From contig NC_042999.1 in NCBI RefSeq assembly GCF_006345805.1, forward strand, positions 13,392,001 to 13,456,000: a DNA stretch of 64,000 bases. Reading direction: 5' to 3'. Within the stretch, counting starts at the first letter, position 1; every line of letters starts with the position of its first letter. A program made the position numbers and the translations under genes. Origin of the DNA: Octopus sinensis. Lineage: Eukaryota. This document shows positions 54,640-64,000 of this stretch, piece after piece. The notes under the pieces were generated by a model. The model was not told where the DNA came from and did no database searches. It saw only the letters and a list, made by a program, of their open reading frames with translations.

Positions 54640-55202
54640 GTCTGTCTGTGAATCTGTTAGACAAAGTGTCTGGCTGTCTGGCTTATTTGGGTGGCAATGT
54701 GTCAGAACAAAAAACTGGAAATAATAATGAGTGAGAGGATTGAAATTAGGAGTACATCAACACAACCCATTATGTGAAAACGAAAGAAAGAAAGAAAGAA
54801 GAGAAAATGACATTAAAATAAATCATTGTCTTCTTTTTGTAATCATATTTCTGTTTGAGACATTCAATCTTAGTTTCAATTAATTTTTAAAATAAGGAAA
54901 AATTTAGTAAAATAAATTCGTCATTATCAAACTGGAAACGTTAGCGCGCTGGGTATTTCGTCTCACTTTACGTCTTGAGTTCAAAATCCACCGAAGTAGA
55001 TTTTGCCTTTCATTCTTTCGAGGTCGACGCCTTGTTACAACGCCTTGCAGTTAAATTGTGAGGGATAAATGATGTTACAAATGGCTTAGCAGTTAAAATT
55101 ATGAAATTTAAACTGTGTTAGAAAGTCTTATAGTTCACCTGTGAAATTTAAAGCGTGTTACAATGCTTTGCAGTAAAAATTGTGACATTTAAGCTATGTT
55201 GC

Positions 55203-55542
55203 TGAGACTCCCTTCGGTCATGACTGACCGTGGGATTGCACCTAGAAAGTTACCCTCCCAGGCACAAGTCCGGGCAAGGTTGTTTATGGAAGATCAGCAG
55301 TCGCCCATGCATACTGGCCTCCCCTCTCCACGCCATCAGTGTTATCCAAGGGAAAGGCAAAGGGGCCGATACAGCTTGGCACCTGTGACGTCGCAACTCA
55401 TTTCTACAGCTGAGTGAACTGGAGCAACGTGAAATAAAGTGCCTTGCTCAAGAACACAACACGCAGCCCGGTCCGGTATTCGAACTCACAACCTCACAAT
55501 CGTAAGCTCGACGCTCTAACCACTGAGCCATGCGCCTTCACT
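55203..55542 (-). mobile_element. SINE family C, full copy
   Basis: Minus-strand head GGCTCAGTGGTTAGAGCG...GAGTTCGAATACC. Confidence 0.9.
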
Positions 55543-56225
55543 AAGCTATGTTACACTCACGTTTTTAAAATATGTAATTTATACAGTGTTACAAAGCCTT
55601 TCAATTAAATTCTGATGTTATAGCGGTGTTGCAAAGCATTGCAGTTTTAAGTGGGAAGTTCAAGACCTTGTATGCTACATTGATGTGTTCAACCTTAAAT
55701 GAAATTCTAGTTTACACAAACGATATTTACAACTAAGTCAGTGAAAGCATCAATTTCAAGATAAATAACTGGAAAATCATATAATTTTTACTTGTAGTGT
55801 ACCGAAATACCTGAGCAACCTAAATACTTTTCCAGAAAACTGATCTGCTAAATTAGCAGTGAAAGACTCGAGTATGTAGCAACAGGAATTTCGATTCGTT
55901 TACAACACAGTGAAAATTGCTGCTTCACAAACGAGAAAGATAAATACATAGTAGAGCATACAGAGACAAGCTAATGACTTAGATATTATCAAAATACTGT
56001 AACATGCGGCACCTACTTACGTTTCTGTCTAATAGATATGTCAAATCGTGAAGAATGAACAATTTTGAGGTACACACACGAGTAAATAAGTCTTCGGGTG
56101 TACCTCACTCCTGTGTATTGAAGTACAGCATTTTCACCTCTTTATTTGTAGTATGCTTCTGTTTACACTGTATAGACGTTCGGTTATTTTAAATACCATA
56201 AGAGTCCAAGCATGAAACGTTATCA

Positions 56226-56679
56226 AATACATACATACATACATACATACATACATACATACATACATACATACATACATACATACATACATACATACAT
56301 GCATACATACATACATGCATACATGCATACATACATACATACATACATACATACATACATACATACATACATACATACATGCATGCATACATGCATACAT
56401 GCATACATACATACATGCATACATACATACATACATACATGCATACATGCATACATACATACATACATACATGCATACATGCATACATACATACATACAT
56501 ACAAACATACATGCATACATGCATGCATACATACATGCATACATACATGCATACATACATACATGCATACATACATGCATACATACATACATGCATACAT
56601 ACATACATACATACATACATACATACATACATACATACATACATACATTTATACATGCATACATACATACATACATACA

Positions 56680-56710
<31 letters not shown>

Positions 56711-56716
56711 CATACA
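56226..56716. repeat. (ATAC/ATGC)n microsatellite
   Basis: Direct reading. Confidence 0.95.
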
Positions 56717-57086
56717 TGATGGCTGCCCCCTCGTTATTGAATATGGCCATTGCGCGAAGCTTAACTGTTATTGGTGCTGTGATCGAATGTGACTTTTATT
56801 TGCTTTTTAAGGCTACAGCCAGCAATTCAATTGAGACTCACATCACCATCAACAATCATGAACAATGTTGTTATCGTGCAATGCCTGTGCAAGAAGATTT
56901 TTTTAAAGTGAGGAAAGACTGTGCACTGAGTCAATCCTACTCACTAAGCAACGGCAGTCATAATTCGAAAAGAACAAGTCAACATCATCGGTAACCACTG
57001 AGCCGCAGGTTTTTTGTCAGAGTTATCCCAGTTACCTGAGTTATCTTCTCCTAGAAGAATACCCTAACAAAGGCTAGGAGTCCTTC
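56716..57086 (-). mobile_element. Partial second copy of the 13146-13704 element
   Basis: Reverse complement of about 13425-13704, with an internal insertion. Confidence 0.8.
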
Positions 57087-57140
57087 ACATACATGCATAC
57101 ATACATACATACATACATACATACATACATACATAAATTT

Positions 57141-57345
57141 AATCCAAACATGAAAACACAAAGAGAAAACACAACAACGCGAAGACGTGGAACAAGTATA
57201 GTATTATTGGACGCTCAGGAAAGGAAAGAAAGAAGGAGGATTTAACGTTTCGAGCGGAGCTCTTCGTCAGAAACATAGGAAAAGGAAAGATCCAAGGAAG
57301 GGAAGACGGGGGAAAAAATCACCAACGATACACACGCGGTCACAT
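57141..57345 (-). mobile_element. HHR-bearing PLE-tail repeat
   Basis: Homologous to 45525-45662. Confidence 0.75.
57240..57274 (-). ncRNA. Hammerhead motif with canonical core plus an extra A after A9
   Basis: GTTT-CTGACGA-A-GAGC[TCC]GCTC-GAAA-CG-TT-AAAT. Confidence 0.7.
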
Positions 57346-58212
57346 ACATACATACATACATACATACATACATACATACATGCTGGTGGTGGTGGTGGTT
57401 GTCTACTCCTTATGCAGAGTCTGACCGCCTCTCGTACTTACAACTTAGAACCACCATGGTGTCTGATGTGGCTTTTTAAACCAGACAGTGTATTGAAAAG
57501 ACACCCACATAAATTCCATATCTGCTTTGGACCACCAAAAGCTGCAAATAAGTTCTGATTTTTGTGGATCTTAAAATGTCTTTTGAGGCCTCCGTTAGAT
57601 TTGGAGACCTAATGGCATGTATATTTTATATTATTTATATTTTTAAATTTCAATTTATTTCATATTATATTAATAGAAATATTAAAATTACTAAGTCTCT
57701 CTAAAAGAGAACAGCGGCAGCGTTCCCGGAAAATAATAGTTATCGCCATACTAATATGGCATTCTTATAAAAATAAGAAAAAAGCTGTCCGCTTATTAGC
57801 TCCATGAGGCCATCGCCTTAAGTTAGCTATTTGATACACAAACTGTATCCATATAACCTTCGAACAAGGGAGGTCAGTCGCTCCGCACTACTTGACCGGC
57901 AGCTACAGACGCGTTTCGGGGTATTGCCCCTTTTCAATGCAGCGTAGCCAGCCAGTAGGTGTCGCTTCCGACAATCTCTGTTCGATGGTTCTATTTACCT
58001 AGTTTCGGTGGAATACATCCACTTGTTTTCAAGGTTATATGGATACAGTTTGTGTATCAAATAGCTAACTTAAGGCGATGGCCTCATGGAGCTAATAAGC
58101 GGACAGCTTTTTTCTTATTTTTATAAGAATGCCATATTAGTATGGCGATAACTATTATTTTCCGGGAACGCTGCCGCTGTTCTCTTTTAGAGAGACTTAG
58201 TAATTTTAATAT

Positions 58213-58263
58213 TTCTATTATTGAAAACAGTGGATGTATTCCACCGAAACTAGGTAAATAGAA
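58213..58263 (+). ncRNA. Second, less canonical hammerhead-like motif in the same unit
   Basis: TTCTATT(A)-TTGAAAA-CA-GTGG[ATGTATT]CCAC-C-GAAA-CTAGG-TA-AATAGAA. Confidence 0.45.
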
Positions 58264-58308
58264 CCATCGAACAGAGATTGTCGGAAGCGACACCTACTGG
58301 CTGGCTAC

Positions 58309-58350
58309 GCTGCATTGAAAAGGGGCAATACCCCGAAACGCGTCTGTAGC
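58309..58350 (+). ncRNA. Intact minimal type-I hammerhead with U3-A8 core (identical copy at 57902-57943, minus strand)
   Basis: GCTGCA-TTGAAAA-GGGG[CAATA]CCCC-GAAA-CGCG-TC-TGTAGC. Helix I is 6 bp, helix II is 4 bp, helix III is the palindrome ACGCGT, and the cleavage site is GUC. Confidence 0.8.
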
Positions 58351-59559
58351 TGCCGGTCAAGTAGTGTGGAGCGACTGACCTCCCTTGTTCGAAGGTTATA
58401 TGGATACAGTTTGTGTATCAAATAGCTAACTTAAGGCGATGGCCTCATGGAGCTAATAAGCGGACAGCTTTTTTCTTATTTTTATAAGAATGCCATATTA
58501 GTATGGCGATAACTATTATTTTCATATTATATTATTTATATTTTAAAATTTTATATCTTATACATACATACATACGATATCTGGAAATGTAAAAAATTGC
58601 TAGAACTTTAGATTTAAAGGTTGATGAACAAAACAAGATGCTTACCTATACAATCTTGCTACCAAACATCCAGTTTACTCTCTGCTATAAATCTTAATAT
58701 TCGAGTTTAGTCAAAAGAATTCAATATTTGAAACATCTATTTTAAAACTTCTCTGATTTCATTAAATGTAACAATAAGAATTCATTTAATCTGTAAAAGT
58801 CTCATACACGGGTTAAAACCTTTGTTGATAACAGCTGTCTTTGATTTGATAGCGATTTGCCTGTTATTTCTAGCAAGCCTTGCGACTGCATATAGGATAC
58901 TTGTTGGTTCTAAAGGATTTATCGAATATCTTTGAGAATTAGAGAACTGTCTAAATAGCAAATCATCTTTACCGATATATTTCGTGTTGCAAGGAGAAAG
59001 GTTGGTAGGCATATCTATCCCCATATTGAAGTTGACCGAAGGGGAATTCTTGCCAGTTGGTATGAAAGATGCTTACAGCCATTGGAACCAGAGAACAGGA
59101 GAGAAAGGTAGCTGTGCGCAGGAGAGAAGTGACAGCAGAAAGAGCCCCTTGCCAGTTGTGAAGCAAAGAGAGGAATTAATCTAGAAGACAGGGTGAGATG
59201 ATGAGCATTGATTTGGTGGACACCACTGCCAGTCTTACAATGAGTGGGTGTTTATAATTCCGAGTCGAAACACCCAGTGATCGTTGGACACTGTTGGGTG
59301 ACATCGACGCCTCCTGGTCAAAGTTACCTTCCCCAAAAGTGAATGTAGGATGATCGTCGCGTTTTAGATGTACATCAAGTCTTTAAAAGAAGCCATCCGT
59401 TAAAAGAAAAAGAACCGACAATAATTTACATTATACTAGAAATTTAATGCTACCAATAGAATTTCTCACGAAATCATCTTTGTTTCGCAAGAACCATTTC
59501 AATCCCATTTGCCTTCTTCATGTTTTTACAGATGTTACCTTGTTGTTGTTGCTGTTGCT

Positions 59560-59642
59560 CTTCTTCTTCTTCTTCTTCTTCTCTTCTTCTTCTTCTTCTT
59601 CTTCTTCTTCTTCTTCTTCTTCTTCTTCTTCTTCTTCTTCTC

Positions 59643-59683
<41 letters not shown>

Positions 59684-59697
59684 TATTATTATTATTA
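59560..59697. repeat. Compound (TTC)n(CAT)n(TAT)n microsatellite
   Basis: Direct reading. Confidence 0.95.
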
Positions 59698-59880
59698 AGG
59701 CGGCGAGCTGGCAGAATCGTTAGCACGCCAGGATGTCTGCACGTTCTGGGTTCAAATTCCGCCGCGGTCGACTTTCATCCTTTCATCCTTTCAGGGTCAA
59801 TGAAATAAGTACCAGTTACGTACTTGGTCGATATAATCGACTAGGCTTTCCCAAAAAATTACAGACCTTCTGTCTTTCGT
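59698..59880 (+). mobile_element. SINE family A, deleted variant
   Basis: GGCGGCGAGCTGGCAGAATCGTTAGCACGCC...GGGTTCAAATTCC. Confidence 0.85.
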
Positions 59881-59887
59881 ATAAAGG

Positions 59888-59944
<57 letters not shown>

Positions 59945-60249
59945 GTATGCTTGGCTTTTGCTTTGCAAATTGACTCCAAGTCTCATCCAGAGACCTCAAG
60001 AGACAACAAGTTTGAAGTTCAAGTTGGTGTTATCGCTAGCGGGCCATATATTTGGTTTTGCACAGAGTATTGTTCTGGAGAATGTCTGTCGAAGCATAAG
60101 TAAATTAGAAGTTTGTTTTAAAACTAATTTAATTATAAGATGAAAGTCTGATGTTAAGACGAAAAAAATTATGTATTATTATTATTTTTATTGTTGTTGT
60201 TGTGTTGTTCTTGTAGTTTTTGTTGTTGTTGTTTTTGTTGTTATTGAAG

Positions 60250-60287
<38 letters not shown>

Positions 60288-60629
60288 GCTGCTTAATTGC
60301 ATTCCAACACTACATCGGGCGGATCCTATAGTCGAAACTGTGCAAAACTCGTCTTTATTCCGTCCTGTTATCAGCTAAGTCCGTCCTATTTTCAAGATAC
60401 CGTATATATTTCGATGGAAATTTGGCTGACATTTCTAGCAGGTGGACCGACATTATTAGCTCGTTGATTTTATGATGTTCATCTTGTGGCGGAATATAAA
60501 CACCAAACGCATTCCAGGTATGACGAGAGATTTTGCTAACATATTTATCGGTCAGACGCCAGCCTCAAACGAAAGCATCATATTATTGTAATGCAAACAT
60601 GATCTGACATTAAAGAATCAAATCTATCT

Positions 60630-60697
<68 letters not shown>

Positions 60698-60708
60698 TAT
60701 ATATTAAA

Positions 60709-60749
<41 letters not shown>

Positions 60750-62037
60750 ATATATATATATAATAATATATATATACATACAATTTTATAATATATATAT
60801 ATATTTATATTATATATATATATATATATATATATTAATATTTATAATATATATTATTATATATATTCATATATATATATATTCATATATATATATATAT
60901 ATATATATTTATATTTATAAATATATATATTATATATATATATATATATATACATATACATGCATACTTATATATAAATATATATATATACACACACATT
61001 TATATACATATATATATGTGTGTGTGTGTGGCATGGGGCGCGTGTATATATGCGTACATATAATACATACATAAATATACAAACATACATATACTCAAAC
61101 ACTCACTCACACACGTATAACATATGTGTTTCTGAGTGAGTGTATATAATCATGTGTATGTGTCTATACATTTGTGTGTGTGGGGCCATATGTTTAATGA
61201 TATGTATGTCAGTATGTGTATGTGTATGTGCATGTGTAGGGCGGAATATGTGTGTATGCAGAGAAAAGAAAAGAGAGAGAGAGAGAGGGATTAATTTGTT
61301 TCCTCCCCCACATAACGCCCAACCCTCCCCCCAATACGAAACCATTGATAGCAAAAACTTTGGCAAAAACAGAATATTTGTTATCTCTCATCTCAGTTTT
61401 ATTACATAGATTTCAAATGAAAGAAAAACGAGGTTTTCAAACCGAATAAAAATAATAACGACAGACAGACAAGCAGACAGACAGACAGACACACACACAC
61501 ACACACACACACGTACAAATAGACAGATACAGACTTACAGACGTACATACATCCATACCTACATATACCTACATATATATACAGATATGCATACATACTG
61601 ATGTACGTACACATATACACATAGATACATACATACTCACACATACATACATACACACACACTTACACACACACATACATACATACGCACATACATACGT
61701 ACACACATATATACACACAGGCACATACATATATACATACATATACACACACTTACACACATACATACATATATATACATACACATGCATACATACACAC
61801 TTACATATATACATACACACATACATACATTCATACATACATACTTACATACGTTCACACATGCACATACATACACTCACATACATACATGCATACATAC
61901 ATAAATACATTCATAAATACACGCATGCATACACACATACACATACATGAATAAATAAATACATACATACATACATACATACATACATACATACATACAT
62001 ACATACAAACATACATACATACATACATACATACACG
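60630..62037. repeat. Microsatellite blocks: (TA)n 60630-61015 and (ATAC/AC)n 61470-62037
   Basis: Direct reading. Confidence 0.92.
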
Positions 62038-62669
62038 CAAATCAAGAAATAAATCTAGCGATGCAGATATTTCGGTTAGTTGAAAATCTCGTCTTAAGAT
62101 AGCAGTGATCGCAATTTATTCGTAGTTTAGAATTATCTTGAATTTCTTATCAATAGTCTGCGGCATCTGGGTAGCAGAAGGTCAGGGGGAAAGGAATCGG
62201 CTGTACTGCAATGGCTGTGTTGAGGTTAATTGCGAAGAACTTGGAGTAGAAACCGACTGTTCGCTTCCAATATTCGTCAGATAAAAGAAAACTTCAATGT
62301 ATAGGCGCATGTGTGGCTACGTGGTAAGTTCGCCTCCCAGCCACATGGTTCTGGGTTCTATTCATGTTTGTCTACTGGTCCGTGTTTGTCTACTTCCCAA
62401 CTGGTGATTGTTTGTATTTCTTCAACTTAACGATTCTGGAAGAAAAAAAAATGGAGGCCAAGGACATTAAAAAAATCCTAAGATTAATTTGTTTGACTAA
62501 ACCATGCTTATGGTCTTCGGCGATCACAACCATCTCCCGAACGCTTATTTGTGAAGAGCTATTCACGCGCTGATGATTGTGAAATAAAAAATTAAAATAT
62601 TTTGTGATTTGGAAAACTATGGGCAATTTATTGCTCCTAAGTTTGAACAAGAAATCTTATATATATATA

Positions 62670-62865
62670 TGCGTGTGTGTTTGTCCCTCTAGCATTGCTT
62701 GACAACCGATGCTGGTGTGTTTATGTCCCCGTCACCTAGCGGTTCCGCAAAAGAGACCGATAGAATAAGTACTGGGCTTACAAAGAATAAGTCCCGGGGT
62801 CGAGTTGCTCGATTAAAGGCGGTGCTCCAGCATGGCCGCAGTCAAATGACTGAAACAATTAAAAG
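62670..62865 (+). mobile_element. SINE family B 3' half (head fragment at about 62305-62362)
   Basis: Near-consensus 3' half. Confidence 0.85.
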
Positions 62866-63569
62866 ATATATGGACCCGAATGGGCCATATGGATCCCAGT
62901 TGACAACCATTCGATTAAACATTCCAAGGCGCCGTCACCAGCATGACTGCAGTCCAAAGACTGGAACATGTAAAAGATAAAAGAACAGTTTTGGCAGCAG
63001 TGGTGGGGGTGCTGGCAGTGGTAGTGCTGGTGGTGGCATTATCAGTGTGTACACTTGTGTGTGAGCCTGATCGGTGTAAACAGTTAAACCCTAAAATAGT
63101 TCCAGAATTAGAAACACAATCAGTTGTATTCTGGTAACTATTTGAAGCTTTAATAATATATATATTTCTACAGCCATGCGTTCATGTTACAAATCTAGGA
63201 CGAGTAACATTGCCAAGACGTGTTTACCGGCACAAAATATGTGTGTGGGTGGCTCCACCATGGCAGAGCTACTCAAGTAGTCACAGTCACATGTCGATAC
63301 GAGTGTGTCTTCCAATTTATACATGGCTTTGTCTACGTGTGTTCGCACGTGTCGGTGAACTTACGAATGTATCTGTGTAATTAAATATAAATAAACGTTA
63401 TGACGTATAAATTTTGTGAAGACACTTTTTATGGATGTATCCGCTTGCTTTTAGACAAAAACATACGTACTTATATATATGACTTCAATGATACTACAAG
63501 CAGATACACCCATAAAGGATGTGTTTACATAACATATAAATACACATTCACAAACATACATACTTACGA

Positions 63570-63634
<65 letters not shown>

Positions 63635-64000
63635 CATACATACACTTTCGAAAGTTTATAAATTCTTATGACATCAACATATGAAAATATGAAATTATCT
63701 ATCATTATGTGTGTGTGTGTGAGTGTATAAGTGTGTGTTTGCGCGTATTTATCTACGGGTTTCGTTATTTTATCTTGTCCTTCATTCTCCTATGGTTGAC
63801 CATGCTCTTGGGGTCGTGGTTGATGGTGACTACATATATTAATATGGCTTGACTAACTTCATGTATAAACCTATTAGGTTTGAATAATACTTAGGGAATT
63901 CTAATTTTAGAAAGTTCTGTAGCATATGTATGTATGTGTGACAACCTGGCCACTGGTGGTGGTGTAACACACAATACTAATCATATCTGTCGGGCATGTG

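Larger units (their letters stand above)
57671..58523 (+). mobile_element. Retrozyme-like non-coding element: one inverted 362-bp unit plus about 1.36 direct 361-bp units, TSD-flanked
   Basis: Minus unit at 57671-58032 and plus tandem at 58031-58523 (AAGGTTATATGG at 58031 and 58392). TSD TTTCATATTATATT at 57658-57671 and 58520-58533. Confidence 0.85.

Noticed and set aside
58782-59184. Short ORFs in relatively unique sequence
   Set aside because: No recognisable domain or convincing splice sites.
62150-62285. GC-richer unique stretch with frames of about 30-50 codons
   Set aside because: No recognisable product or clear exon boundaries; expression data would be needed.

Overview
This is AT-rich, microsatellite-dense eukaryotic DNA. 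The SINE families and repeat landscape suggest an octopus (cephalopod) genome; that is inference from recalled repeat families, not a database hit. I found no confident host protein-coding exon, tRNA/rRNA gene or CRISPR array. The only long genuine ORF (3869-5833) is the reverse transcriptase plus GIY-YIG endonuclease of a young, 5'-truncated Penelope-like element (PLE). Its 3' pseudo-LTR carries a six-module CCAAT/CRE promoter array, a TATA box, a Kozak ATG with a splice donor, and a terminal hammerhead ribozyme (HHR) motif. The rest is transposon debris: Tc1, pogo/Tigger, mariner, Chapaev-like, Helitron, CR1/L2, R4/Dong and RTE-like LINE pieces, plus four tRNA-headed SINE families and simple repeats. 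There is also a 1.4-kb tandem duplication and a 100-N gap. The main discovery is more than a dozen minimal type-I hammerhead-like motifs with palindromic helix III, mostly inside small foldback insertions. Several independently replace the core C3-G8 pair by U3-A8, and one by A3-U8. The best case is a TSD-flanked, non-coding, retrozyme-like element with a 361-bp tandem unit (57671-58523). All structures were read by eye; no folding or homology search was run.
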